Shown one piece after another: positions 48,411 through 58,674 of a stretch of DNA of 64,000 bases (the stretch's first letter is position 1; each line of letters begins with the position of its first letter). Both the position numbers and the translations under genes were made by a program. The notes beneath the pieces were generated by a model. It made no database searches. It saw nothing but the letters and a program-made list of their open reading frames with translations, and had not been told where the DNA came from. The stretch is from sequence record DRR378314_807; one strand, given 5' to 3'.

Positions 48411-49609
48411 ATGGTATTAAACAGTTCCTGTACTTTAGTCGACACGCTCTGATAAGTCGTTAACAGACGCGAGTCGACTTTATCCAGCCCTTCTTTCATT
48501 CGAACTAAACGTTCCAGTTTAAGTGCAATGCGTAAGCATTGCCCCATAGGTCCGTCACAATCCTCAACCGCTTTTCTAGTTTGTTCAGATAACGGCAGTT
48601 TTTCGAAAAAGCTGGCTTTATCCACGCCCAGCATAATATCAACACCCGAGAGTAAACCCACGAAATAGCACTGATCGGCATCTAAACCCGGCGAGCTTTT
48701 CCATTTAGCCAGTTCATAACACATTTGTGCTCTCACCAGGACCATTCGCGAAGCTTCAGGGCTACTAGCTGTTACTGCGCCAATTAAGGCTATCCAGCGC
48801 CGTAGCTTCTCAATACCCAAACGCATAATAACGTCTTTCACCCGGGTTATCGGACTGGCTGTCGGGTATAGGGGACTATTTACAATTTTCAGTAAACAAA
48901 CTGACAACTGAGGGTCTTCAGAAATGACCCGGGAAAGCTCGGTCAAGTCGGGCTCTTCCTCAAAACAAAGCGACAATACTTTTGCCAGTTGCAATGATGA
49001 GGGTTCCAGCCTGGTTCCGTAAACAATCGCCGGTTTCGCAAAGTAATATCCCTGGAACAACTCAAAGCCTAACTCTTCATAAGCCTGCTTAGTGGCTTCG
49101 TCTTCGACTCGCTCCGCCAGCCACTTCCCTTTGAAACCACTCAGCTTTTGCTTAAATACCCGGGCTTGCGCCAAAGTTAGGGTCGATACATCCACTTTTA
49201 TATACGACGCATACTGCAGCAGCGGCTCCCAAGCGGGGTCAAACTCGAAGTCATCCAGTGCAAAACGAAAACCTTTCTCATACCAACGCGCAACCGCATT
49301 GACTACTGCCCTGGTCGGCTTAATTCGTTCCACTAACTCAATAACCACTTTGTCCGGTTCGAGAGGTAAAAAGCTTTGTGACACTAAAAATTCGCTGGAA
49401 ACATTGATAAACGCGGTTACGTCATAGTGCTCGGTTTGACTAGTGATTCCGGCGCACAGGTTAAACACCACTTCGCTGGTTGCCGCTGTGTCTCCAACTG
49501 TTTCCGCTGTTAAATTCAAAGCACTGCGGTAAAGCAGCTCAACCGCATAAAACCGATTTTTATTATCGTAGATGGGTTGAGCCGCCAACAGCGGAAAGGT
49601 TTCAGCCAT
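48407..49609 (-). CDS. EAL + HDOD domain protein, putative c-di-GMP phosphodiesterase
   Basis: QPI, ELLYR, FIN, IELVE, FALDDF, AERVE and FQGYYF, followed by HDOD DPQLSVCLLKIVNSP. Confidence 0.85.
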   Translation of the reverse strand: MAETFPLLAAQPIYDNKNRFYAVELLYRSALNLTAETVGDTAATSEVVFNLCAGITSQTEHYDVTAFINVSSEFLVSQSFLPLEPDKVVIELVERIKPTRAVVNAVARWYEKGFRFALDDFEFDPAWEPLLQYASYIKVDVSTLTLAQARVFKQKLSGFKGKWLAERVEDEATKQAYEELGFELFQGYYFAKPAIVYGTRLEPSSLQLAKVLSLCFEEEPDLTELSRVISEDPQLSVCLLKIVNSPLYPTASPITRVKDVIMRLGIEKLRRWIALIGAVTASSPEASRMVLVRAQMCYELAKWKSSPGLDADQCYFVGLLSGVDIMLGVDKASFFEKLPLSEQTRKAVEDCDGPMGQCLRIALKLERLVRMKEGLDKVDSRLLTTYQSVSTKVQELFNTI

Positions 49610-50516
49610 CTTTTTTAGTGTCTTTAGCCGCTTCCATTGCGCTTAAAATATCCGATGATAAGGAGTCGAGCTGACCCGTTGGTTGTGGCAGCATAATCAC
49701 TTTACTGGCGGCGGTATCGAAAGAACCCAATACGTCGACATAGTTCGTAAATTTCAGCAAATCGATGACATCTTTAGACGTTATGTCATTAGCCTGATCG
49801 GTAACCATGGCAATAGAGTCCCGCAAACCTTCAGCTATTGCTAAACGCTGGCCTGCAATGCCCTGTCCTTGCAAAATTTTCGATTCTTTGTCGGCTTCAG
49901 CCTGCTTCACCAGCATGATTTTTTCAGCTTCTGCCTTATGTTCTGCCGCACGGCGCTCTCTTTCTGCGGCGTTAATTTGGTTCATTGAATCTTTAACGGA
50001 CTGATCCGGATCAATGTCTGTCACCAGCGACGCAATAATCTCAAAACCATATTCTTCCATGGTATCGCGCAACTGCTCTTTTACATCTTTAGAAATAGAG
50101 TCTTTATTGTCGAACACCGCGTCCAGGTTCTGCTTAGGAATTTGTGCGCGCACCGTATCAAACACATAGGACTGCATTTGCCACTCGGGATTTTCCAACT
50201 GATAAAATGCATTATAAACTGCGGTTTCATTGCTCACGCGATACTGCACTGACACCCGGACAATGACAAAAACATTATCGTTTGTTTTGGTCTCAACATC
50301 GACATCCAGCTGCCGCGTTCTCATCGACTGTTTATGAGCGACCTGCTCAATAAGCGGGATAATAAAGTTAAGCCCCGGCGTCAGCATGCGGCGATAACGC
50401 CCGAACAACTCAACCAAATACACGCTTTGCTGCGGCACAATGCGCACCGACGCTATCAGTAAAAGTAAAACAACTACAGCGGCAACTACCCACATAATAT
50501 TAAAATCATTGTTCAT
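49602..50516 (-). CDS. SPFH/band 7 domain membrane protein
   Basis: N-terminal TM, PGLNFIIP, ETKTNDNVFV, MNQINAAER and LQGQGIAGQR; RBS GAGG precedes ATG 50516. Confidence 0.88.
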   Translation of the reverse strand: MNNDFNIMWVVAAVVVLLLLIASVRIVPQQSVYLVELFGRYRRMLTPGLNFIIPLIEQVAHKQSMRTRQLDVDVETKTNDNVFVIVRVSVQYRVSNETAVYNAFYQLENPEWQMQSYVFDTVRAQIPKQNLDAVFDNKDSISKDVKEQLRDTMEEYGFEIIASLVTDIDPDQSVKDSMNQINAAERERRAAEHKAEAEKIMLVKQAEADKESKILQGQGIAGQRLAIAEGLRDSIAMVTDQANDITSKDVIDLLKFTNYVDVLGSFDTAASKVIMLPQPTGQLDSLSSDILSAMEAAKDTKKDG

Positions 50517-50595
50517 TATTGAATCCTCATAATACGAGAGTGGGAGTGAAAAGAGATTAACGGGAAATGAGAAAAATATCGAAAGGATGATATGC

Positions 50596-50625
50596 AAAGG
50601 CTTCGCCGTCTGTAGCGAAGCCTTT
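50596..50625 (-). terminator. terminator after the prolyl oligopeptidase gene
   Basis: AAAGGCTTCGC...GCGAAGCCTTT 11-bp stem. Confidence 0.7.
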
Positions 50626-50637
50626 ACTATTCAGTCG

Positions 50638-52776
50638 TTACTCAGGAAGCTCTTCAAACCCCATGTGATACAAAGTAAAACCGAAAATATCGGAGTACTG
50701 CTCAATGGTTTTTGAAACCGGTGTGCCAGCACCGTGACCGGCATTGGTTTCAATACGGATAAGCTGAGGGTTTTCACCGCCCGCTTTATCCTGAAGCTCC
50801 GCCGCAAACTTAAATGAGTGCGCAGGAACGACACGGTCATCATGGTCACCCGTAGTGATCAGCGTCGCCGGATAAGCCACGCCTTCTTCCACGTTGTGAA
50901 CAGGCGAATAGCCTAACAAGTACTCGAACATTTCTTTACTGTCATTGGCTGTACCATAATCGTATGCCCAACCTGCGCCAGCGGTGAAGGTGTGATAACG
51001 AAGCATATCCAGAACACCGACAGCGGGTAATGCGACTGCAAATAGCTCTGGCCGCTGTGTCATTACCGCACCAACTAGCAAGCCACCATTAGAGCCACCG
51101 CGAATGGCTAAACGCTCCGGTGACGTATAGTCTTTCTCAATTAAATACTCGGCCGCCGCGATAAAATCGTCAAACACATTCTGCTTCTGCATTTTGGTAC
51201 CAGCTTTATGCCAGTCTTTGCCGTACTCACCGCCACCACGTAGGTTAGCAACAGCGTAAACGCCGCCCATTTCTAACCAGGCTGCATTAGCAATGCTGAA
51301 CGACGGTGTCAGACTGATATTAAAGCCACCATAACCGTACAAAATTGTCGGGTTTGAGCCATCCAGCTTGGTGCCCTTTTTGTAGGTAATGATCATAGGC
51401 ACTTCAGTACCGTCTTTCGAGGTATAAAACACCTGCTTTGATTCGTAGTTGGCAGAATCAAAATCAGCACCAGACTCGGCGTAAACTTCAGAACCGCCCT
51501 GATCCGGGTCGAACTTATAAATCGTTGACGGTGTGCTGTAATTAGTAAAGGTATAGTACAATTCGTCCGCTTCTTTTTTACCTGAGAAGCCACCTATGCT
51601 GCCTACGCCCGGCAACTGCACTTCACGAACCATATCGCCGTTATAAGCGTATTGTTTCACCTTAGCTACGGCATCGACCATGTACTCGGCAAAGATATAA
51701 CCCGCACCGGTTGATACGCTCAACACATTTTCTGTTTCTGGAATAAAGTCTTCCCAGTTTTCAGGCGTTGGATTACTGGCATCAACGGTCACAACACGCT
51801 GGTTTGGCGCATCTAAGTTCGTCACTAGATAGAGCTTTGAGCCGTCGTTATCTAATACACGAGTATCCGAATCGGTATGATCCAGAACGGTGACCAGCTT
51901 ACTGTCTTCTTCTGTAAGATCTTTAATAAAGAGCTTATTGCCAGAGGTGGAGTTTGCCGCCGAAATCATCAGGTAACGGTCGTCATCGGTAACGTAGCCG
52001 CCAACGTAACGGTGCTTCTCAGCATCCGTTCCACCAAACACCAGTTTGTCATCAGACTGGTCTGTACCCAGCTCGTGGTAATACAGCTTGTGCTGGTCGG
52101 TCTTTGCAGAAAGCTCACTGCCTTCTGGCTTATCATAACTGGAGTAGTAGAAACCTTCATTGCCTACCCAGGAAATACCGCTGAACTTCACATCCACTAA
52201 CGGCTCTTCCAGCTGTTCTTTGGTTTCGGCGTCAATAACCCGAATTTTACGCCAGTCACTGCCGCCCTCAGAAATTGAATATGCCGCTAGCGAACCGTCG
52301 TCAGAAAAGGTTAACTGAGCCAGCGAGGTTGTTCCGTCTTCACTAAAGGTGTTCGGATCCAGGAATACTTCCGGATCTTCGTCACCTCTCTGGCGGTACA
52401 CTACATACTGGTTTTGCAAGCCGTCGTTTTTGTAAAAATAAGTGTAATCACCTTCTTTAAACGGCGCGCTGATTTTCTCATAGTTCCACAACTCGGTCAG
52501 ACGCTTTTCTATCGTCTCGCGATATGGAATAGACTCTAAGTGTGCGAACGTCACTTCATTCTGAGCTTTAACCCAGTTTTCGGTCTCTTCGCTACGGTCA
52601 TCTTCTAACCAGCGATACGGATCCGCTACTTCGGTACCAAAGTAGGTATCAACCACATCGCCTTTACGCGTTTCCGGATACGACATAGATTGCGTATTCG
52701 CCTCTTGTTCTGTTTCAGCATTTTGTGAACAGGCTGTCAGCAAACTGACTGCAACTGCTCCCAGTAGATATTTCAT
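50638..52776 (-). CDS. prolyl oligopeptidase (S9A), lipoprotein
   Basis: Lipobox [28 protein letters not shown] and AGHG. Confidence 0.93.
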   Translation of the reverse strand: MKYLLGAVAVSLLTACSQNAETEQEANTQSMSYPETRKGDVVDTYFGTEVADPYRWLEDDRSEETENWVKAQNEVTFAHLESIPYRETIEKRLTELWNYEKISAPFKEGDYTYFYKNDGLQNQYVVYRQRGDEDPEVFLDPNTFSEDGTTSLAQLTFSDDGSLAAYSISEGGSDWRKIRVIDAETKEQLEEPLVDVKFSGISWVGNEGFYYSSYDKPEGSELSAKTDQHKLYYHELGTDQSDDKLVFGGTDAEKHRYVGGYVTDDDRYLMISAANSTSGNKLFIKDLTEEDSKLVTVLDHTDSDTRVLDNDGSKLYLVTNLDAPNQRVVTVDASNPTPENWEDFIPETENVLSVSTGAGYIFAEYMVDAVAKVKQYAYNGDMVREVQLPGVGSIGGFSGKKEADELYYTFTNYSTPSTIYKFDPDQGGSEVYAESGADFDSANYESKQVFYTSKDGTEVPMIITYKKGTKLDGSNPTILYGYGGFNISLTPSFSIANAAWLEMGGVYAVANLRGGGEYGKDWHKAGTKMQKQNVFDDFIAAAEYLIEKDYTSPERLAIRGGSNGGLLVGAVMTQRPELFAVALPAVGVLDMLRYHTFTAGAGWAYDYGTANDSKEMFEYLLGYSPVHNVEEGVAYPATLITTGDHDDRVVPAHSFKFAAELQDKAGGENPQLIRIETNAGHGAGTPVSKTIEQYSDIFGFTLYHMGFEELPE

Positions 52777-52787
52777 TGTTATTATCC

Positions 52788-53225
52788 TTATTTGAATTTA
52801 ACCACTTCACCCTTCAAGGCAACACCTGCCATTAAAAAGCCAGCACCACACTGAAACTCCTCGGCACTGCTGAACTCATTATGATCATAATTCGATTTAA
52901 TATTGATTACTGCATCGTAACCGTTATCACGCGCGTTGTCTTGCAGCACTTTAAGTGCCGAAAGCAGTACCCATTCACAAGCTTCACGGTCGGACTTATT
53001 CACCGCATTCGTTTTACGGCTGGTGGTAATAACCCCCATTGACTGCGCGACTTCAGGGTGCGACTGGCCGGCAAAATAAACCGGAACATCAAGCAACGCC
53101 TCTTTCGCCTTACTACTTTCCATAACAGGCTTAAGCTCCAGAGTTACCAGGTCATCACGCGCTTCGGCTTGCAGTGACAAAAACGAACTCAATAAAACCA
53201 CAGTAGCAACAAACAGGTTTTTCAT
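52788..53225 (-). CDS. secreted protein of the type found at the end of aryl-polyene-like clusters, function unknown
   Basis: Signal peptide, [15 protein letters not shown]...FQCGAG (two Cys); last gene of the cluster. Confidence 0.65.
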   Translation of the reverse strand: MKNLFVATVVLLSSFLSLQAEARDDLVTLELKPVMESSKAKEALLDVPVYFAGQSHPEVAQSMGVITTSRKTNAVNKSDREACEWVLLSALKVLQDNARDNGYDAVINIKSNYDHNEFSSAEEFQCGAGFLMAGVALKGEVVKFK

Positions 53226-53241
53226 TTTCTATTTCCTTATA

Positions 53242-54480
53242 TTAGTTAGCGTCATTCCAGCGTTTAAAAATCAATGAGGTATTAATGCCACCAAAGGCAA
53301 AATTATTGGTCATAACATAGTCTGTATCCAGTTCACGTGCCTGTTCAGTTATATAATCTAAGTCACCACACTCCGGGTCAATATCGCTCAGGTTAAGTGT
53401 GGGCACAAACCAACTTTCCCGCATCATGTTAATGCTAGCCCAGGCTTCAATTGTACCGCAGCCACCCAGTGTATGCCCCAGGTAGCTTTTTAATGAACTG
53501 ATGGGTACCGATCGTTTAAAGACGCTTGCTGTGGCCAGAGACTCCGCAACGTCGCCCCGGTCTGTGGCGGTGCCATGCGCGTTCACATATCCTACTTGCT
53601 CCGGTTCAAGTTGCGCCTGCTGCAACGCAAGCTTCATAGCAATAGCCATGGTATCGGCCGTAGGTTGAGTCACATGGGCACCATCAGAATTCGTACCAAA
53701 ACCGACCAGTTCAGCATAAATGTGCGCGCCACGTTCCAGAGCATGATCCAACTCTTCCAGAATAAAGGTGCCAGCCCCTTCACCAATAACCAGTCCGTCA
53801 CGATTTTTATCAAAGGGTCTTGGCGTCAGCTGTGGCTCGTCATTACGAGTGCTGGTGGCAAATAAGGTATCAAATACTACCGCTTCGGACGGACACAATG
53901 CCTCTGCACCACCAGCAATCATCACTTTCTGATGGCCATAACGAATGGCTTCGTACGCATAACCCAACCCTTGAGAAGCAGATGTGCAGGCAGAGCTCGT
54001 GGTATGAACCCGTCCTTTCACATTATAAAAGACGCCCAGATTTACAGCGGTTGTATGACCCATACTCTTTATGTAAGTGGTGGCGTTCAGGCCGGTCATA
54101 TCACCGCTTTCCAACATAGTGCCGAAAATCTTCATTTGCTCGGTATCGCCGGTCGAAGAGCCATAAGCAACGCCACAGCTCCCGTCGCTAATACAAGGGT
54201 GCTCTAGCAGCCCCGCATCGGTTAATGCTAACTCGGTTGCTCGTGTTGCCATTAAGCTTACCGTGCTCATTGAGCGTACCGCTTTGCGGGAGTAGTGCGA
54301 AGGTTTTTTAAACGCCGGTCGAATGGGCGCCGCCAGGCGTGTGTTCAGTCCGTCAAAACGCTCCCACTCTGGCATATTAACCACGGCGTTCTTGCCATTT
54401 TCAAGTTGACTACGGAAGCTCTGCCAGTTGTCACCAAAAGCCGTCAGACAGCCCATACCGGTTACGACCACACGTTTCAT
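53242..54480 (-). CDS. beta-ketoacyl-ACP synthase (ApeR-like)
   Basis: SACTS, NAHGTAT, GHTLG and NNFAFGG. Confidence 0.9.
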   Translation of the reverse strand: MKRVVVTGMGCLTAFGDNWQSFRSQLENGKNAVVNMPEWERFDGLNTRLAAPIRPAFKKPSHYSRKAVRSMSTVSLMATRATELALTDAGLLEHPCISDGSCGVAYGSSTGDTEQMKIFGTMLESGDMTGLNATTYIKSMGHTTAVNLGVFYNVKGRVHTTSSACTSASQGLGYAYEAIRYGHQKVMIAGGAEALCPSEAVVFDTLFATSTRNDEPQLTPRPFDKNRDGLVIGEGAGTFILEELDHALERGAHIYAELVGFGTNSDGAHVTQPTADTMAIAMKLALQQAQLEPEQVGYVNAHGTATDRGDVAESLATASVFKRSVPISSLKSYLGHTLGGCGTIEAWASINMMRESWFVPTLNLSDIDPECGDLDYITEQARELDTDYVMTNNFAFGGINTSLIFKRWNDAN

Positions 54481-55220
54481 TAAACTAACCCACCATTTAC
54501 CGAAAAGACTTGTCGCGTAATGTATGCTGCTGACGGCTGAAATAAGTAACCAACCAAACCAGCCACTTCTTCCGGCTTACCGGCGCGGCGCATGGGTATC
54601 ATCGACAAAATTTCTTTCTCATGCTCTAGCTCGCCGGTCATGTCCGTTTCAATGAGTCCCGGCGCCACACAGTTGACGGTTATTTTGCGTTTGGCTAATT
54701 CCAGCGACAAAGCTTTAGTAGCAGCAATCACACCGCCTTTAGACGCACTGTAATTGACCTGCCCGCGATTACCGGCGATACCGGAAACTGAAGCAATAGT
54801 CACCACACGGCCACCCCGGCGTTGCTGAATCATCGGCATAATTAACGGGTGCAGCACGTTATAGAAGCCACCCAGATTCGTTTGCAAAACGCTGTCCCAG
54901 TCGTCTTCGGTTAACGACGGAAATGCGCCGTCACGGGTAATGCCGGCATTACAAACCGCACCATAATAAGCGCCATTATCGGCAATATCCTGCTCAATTG
55001 CGTTGCGTGCGGCCTCGCGGTCACTGACATCAAAAACCAGCAATGACGCTTGTTGACCCAGTGACTTAATTTCATCCACAACTCGCTCTGCTGAAGCTTT
55101 GTCTGAGCGACAATGAATGGCCAGATCAAAACCATCTTTTGCCAGTTGCAGGGCGATTGCACGTCCTATTCCCTTACCGGAACCCGTGACAAGAACTCGT
55201 TCAGCCATACCTTCAACCAT
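54480..55220 (-). CDS. 3-oxoacyl-ACP reductase (FabG/ApeQ-like)
   Basis: TGSGKGIG, NAGITRD and NYSASK. Confidence 0.9.
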   Translation of the reverse strand: MVEGMAERVLVTGSGKGIGRAIALQLAKDGFDLAIHCRSDKASAERVVDEIKSLGQQASLLVFDVSDREAARNAIEQDIADNGAYYGAVCNAGITRDGAFPSLTEDDWDSVLQTNLGGFYNVLHPLIMPMIQQRRGGRVVTIASVSGIAGNRGQVNYSASKGGVIAATKALSLELAKRKITVNCVAPGLIETDMTGELEHEKEILSMIPMRRAGKPEEVAGLVGYLFQPSAAYITRQVFSVNGGLV

Positions 55221-55668
55221 AATTTTCCTCTATAAATGCTGTTTCGTCGGGCGGTTGATACACATTTAGCCGAGCCTGCGCAACGACCCTGTCGTTGTGG
55301 CGAATATCGCATTCAAAAACACTCAGGCCAGAAGACTCAACATGCAGTTCTTCAACAAAAATATCGTATCTTTCTCCCAGCTTAAAACTGTCAATCTCAC
55401 ATTGATATTTTCGGCTTCCCAGCAAGAACCCCAGCTTTATCTCCCCACCGTCGGCTTTGCTTTGATAACCGGCAACAGCAGCGATAGTCTGCGCCATCAG
55501 CTCAATTCCGACATGCGCCGGCAGACCCTTGTGCTGCTCACTGTAAAACAGGTTGTCACTGTTCACAGTAAGACAACACTGTCCCTTCCCCTGTTCAGCC
55601 GAGCACAGCTTATCAATCAACCGCATCGGCGGTTCGTGCTTGATAAGCTCAGCCAAATCATGCCCCAT
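55213..55668 (-). CDS. hotdog-fold dehydratase subunit (ApeP-like)
   Basis: HEPPMRLID, ELMAQTIAA, GFLLGSR and LNVYQP; RBS GAGG precedes ATG 55668. Confidence 0.82.
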   Translation of the reverse strand: MGHDLAELIKHEPPMRLIDKLCSAEQGKGQCCLTVNSDNLFYSEQHKGLPAHVGIELMAQTIAAVAGYQSKADGGEIKLGFLLGSRKYQCEIDSFKLGERYDIFVEELHVESSGLSVFECDIRHNDRVVAQARLNVYQPPDETAFIEENYG

Positions 55669-55669
55669 G

Positions 55670-56863
55670 TTATTTTCCTCTACTAAAAACGAGAGAGACA
55701 TTGTTCCCGCCAAACGCGAAAGAATTACTCAGACAATGCTCTATTGGATATTGCAGTGACCCACCTTGATACAAATGGATATCTGCCAAATCAGAATCTT
55801 TAACACCATCCCAGACGTGCTTTGGTAGGCCGTCTTGTTTCGCCAACGCTAGCCAGCAGAACACCGCTTCAATTGCCCCTGCCGCCCCCAAAGTATGGCC
55901 GGTCAACGCTTTTGTTGAACTCGCGGGCACGTTTCCAGCGTTCAATCCATTAACCGCATAAGCTTCCATCAAATCGTTTAATGGCGTGGCAGTACCATGC
56001 AAATTAATATAGCCAAGTTGCTGTGCAGTAATGCCAGCATCTGTCAGCGCCCCCTGCATTGCCGCAAAAGCCCCTCGTCCCTGTGGATGAGGAGCCGACA
56101 TATGATGCGCGTCTGAAGTTGCACAGGCACCGGTTAAAGTCACCTGCGACGGCTGTAAGTTGTCCTCTTCGCGGGTAGCAACAAAAAGCCCTGCAGCTTC
56201 TCCAATGGTAATGCCATCGCGATTCGCACTAAACGGATTGCAGCGCCCTTCCGAGGTAGATTCCAGCGCTTTAAAACCGTTTAATGTCAGCCGACAAAGA
56301 GAATCAACACCGCCGACAACCACCGCGTCGACGACGTCTAAACGCAATAAAGAGCGAGCACTCATAAAAACTCGGGCACTGGACGAACAAGCCGTTGAAA
56401 TGCTGTAAACCGGACCGGTAATACCTGTTAGCGCCGCTATACACTCTGCCGGAGCAAGCATTTCCTGCATGGCATAGTAAAATGTATCGGGTAAACCGCC
56501 TTCAGACTCGTCGTATGCTAACGCCGATTCACCAGAGGCAATACCGGACGTACTAGTCCCCAATACTACCGCTACTCGATCAGAGCCCAACCTATCTATC
56601 AGCGCCAGCAAGGGTTCTTCAATTTGTTGTAAGGCAGCCGCAACCAGCTGATTATTACGGGTACGCATGGTTGCCGGCAGACTACCGATGTCGGGCAGCT
56701 TATTGTCTGCAACTGAACCGACAAACAAAGACGTGCCGTCGTTGGTATTGAATGCGGCGGGCTTAAGCCCGGCTTGCTCGCCTGCCAGTGCAGCCTGCCA
56801 TAGGCTTTCGCAATTATGGCCCAGCGCGCAAATTGCGCCCGGTTCACTTAAGGTGATTTTCAT
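55670..56863 (-). CDS. beta-ketoacyl-ACP synthase (ApeO-like)
   Basis: TRNNQL, GTSTSGI, STACSSS, NLHGTAT, GHTLGAAG and SFAFGG. Confidence 0.88.
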   Translation of the reverse strand: MKITLSEPGAICALGHNCESLWQAALAGEQAGLKPAAFNTNDGTSLFVGSVADNKLPDIGSLPATMRTRNNQLVAAALQQIEEPLLALIDRLGSDRVAVVLGTSTSGIASGESALAYDESEGGLPDTFYYAMQEMLAPAECIAALTGITGPVYSISTACSSSARVFMSARSLLRLDVVDAVVVGGVDSLCRLTLNGFKALESTSEGRCNPFSANRDGITIGEAAGLFVATREEDNLQPSQVTLTGACATSDAHHMSAPHPQGRGAFAAMQGALTDAGITAQQLGYINLHGTATPLNDLMEAYAVNGLNAGNVPASSTKALTGHTLGAAGAIEAVFCWLALAKQDGLPKHVWDGVKDSDLADIHLYQGGSLQYPIEHCLSNSFAFGGNNVSLVFSRGK

Positions 56864-57437
56864 TGGTTTCTAATAGCTCGTACTCGAGAGTGGTTACCGT
56901 CAATTGATAACCTAAAAATTTATTCTCAATCGTTCTCTGCAAATTCTCATTTTCATTCACTGATAACCATTGCAGCTGCCCGTTATGCCACAACTCTCGT
57001 CCGGTTTGAGTGACTTGCAAACTCATACCGGTCAAATTGGCATTAATACTATCAAGTGGCCACAACGCCATTTGTAAATCTGACCAGACCTGTATAGCCA
57101 GCCGCGAGTCGTCAAAAGCTTCGCTGCCTTTAAAGGTTACTCCGTTTGCACGACTGAGTTCGCTCCGAAACAGTTCATTACCAAAAGGAGACAATGCAAC
57201 CAGCAGTAGCCGTTCACTATCAAAAACCGCCGATACCATGAAAATGCGCTGCTGTTCGCCTTTTTTCCACTCCACTTTTTGCCATAGCTGCACGGGCTCT
57301 CGCGGCCAACTATGCTGCAACTGGTAACGGCCATCCGCAATCGCAACTTGAGCAGGCTGCCCGCCTAATGACTGGCAACCAGTAACCATTAACATCAGAA
57401 TTAAGCCACTAATTGTGCTTAACGACTTTATCCACAT
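56844..57437 (-). CDS. DUF3261-like lipoprotein (ApeN-like)
   Basis: Lipobox VTGC, LSPFGNELF and DLQMALWP; position in the cluster. Confidence 0.72.
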   Translation of the reverse strand: MWIKSLSTISGLILMLMVTGCQSLGGQPAQVAIADGRYQLQHSWPREPVQLWQKVEWKKGEQQRIFMVSAVFDSERLLLVALSPFGNELFRSELSRANGVTFKGSEAFDDSRLAIQVWSDLQMALWPLDSINANLTGMSLQVTQTGRELWHNGQLQWLSVNENENLQRTIENKFLGYQLTVTTLEYELLETNENHLK

Positions 57438-58663
57438 AATTCCGCCAATACGTTCAAGCGCCGTTCGCTATCGCGAACATAAGGGTTGCCTGTATCCCAC
57501 GCATAACCCGCTAAAATGGAACAAATCATTTCTTTAACCTGTTGCTGCTGGTGTGGATAAAAAATCACATCCTGAAAGCGGGTATCATACCAACCCTTAA
57601 CAAAAGCGCGAAAGGTGGTAATGCCCACACGTAATGGTTCACTATAAAGCTTCTGCCAGTTCTGAGGCTCATCATTCAGCTCTTTCAATACCAACGGCAC
57701 CGCCAGCGATGAGGACTGCATTGCAATGGTCACACCCGATGAGAAAACCGGATCTAAGAATTCACCAGCATTCCCTAATAAAGCAAAGCGGTCACCAAAC
57801 AAGCAATTTACATTAGCTGAGTAGCCGGTAATACGTTGCTCAGCACGGCTTACCTGGTATTCACCTAACACTTCAAGCAGGTACGGCTCATCTGCCACCA
57901 GCTTCCACAACGCTTCTTTTTCACTGTCGCTTTCTGCAAAATACTCACTCGCACCAACGACACCAATACTGGCAGTACCATCCGCAAAAGGAATTAACCA
58001 GTACCAAATTTCAGGATTTTTTGGATGCACAGTGATAAGAATTTTGCTGCGGTCAAAGTTCCCGCCCGCCAGCTCAGATTTTACATGACAAAAAACGGCC
58101 TGACGCACAGGAAAGTCCGACGGCGATTCTAACGAGAGCAAGCGTGGCAACACTCTACCGAAACCGCTGGCGTCGAGCACAAAATGTGCCTTTGCTTCAC
58201 TTGTTCCGGCAGCGCCGGTTAAATTCAATTTGACCGCATTAGGGTCACTAAAATCAATAGCTTCTAACGCAACACCATGTCGGATTTCAGCGCCTTTCTC
58301 TGCCGCACCCTGCGCCAATAGCTGATCAAAATGTTCGCGTTTCACCTGATAAGTTGTGCCCGGACCTTCACTCGACTTTTTGCGAAAATCAAAGTCCACT
58401 TTATTGCCGTTATGATAAAAAGCAGCGCCTTCTTTGTACTGAAACCCAAGGCGTTCTGCATTATCCATTACCGCATCTAGTAGCCCGGCTTCTTCAATAA
58501 AGGTCATACATTGAGGCAGTAAGCTTTCGCCAATAGAAAACCTTGGAAACTCTTGTTTCTCAACTACCAACACGCTTTTTCCGACATTCGCCAACATCGC
58601 TGCTGCAGTCGAACCTGCCGGGCCGGCACCAATGATCACCACATCATAAATCGACTCTTCCAT
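57428..58663 (-). CDS. FAD-dependent oxidoreductase / halogenase-like enzyme
   Basis: GAGPAG, FPRFSIGESLLP, DASG, WYWLIP and FLDPVFSSGV. Confidence 0.82.
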   Translation of the reverse strand: MEESIYDVVIIGAGPAGSTAAAMLANVGKSVLVVEKQEFPRFSIGESLLPQCMTFIEEAGLLDAVMDNAERLGFQYKEGAAFYHNGNKVDFDFRKKSSEGPGTTYQVKREHFDQLLAQGAAEKGAEIRHGVALEAIDFSDPNAVKLNLTGAAGTSEAKAHFVLDASGFGRVLPRLLSLESPSDFPVRQAVFCHVKSELAGGNFDRSKILITVHPKNPEIWYWLIPFADGTASIGVVGASEYFAESDSEKEALWKLVADEPYLLEVLGEYQVSRAEQRITGYSANVNCLFGDRFALLGNAGEFLDPVFSSGVTIAMQSSSLAVPLVLKELNDEPQNWQKLYSEPLRVGITTFRAFVKGWYDTRFQDVIFYPHQQQQVKEMICSILAGYAWDTGNPYVRDSERRLNVLAELCG

Positions 58664-58674
58664 GATTCTTTTCC

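Noticed and set aside
52788-53225. Possible excinuclease/DNA-repair annotation sometimes attached to this protein type
   Set aside because: It has a signal peptide, is only 145 aa and lacks Walker motifs.
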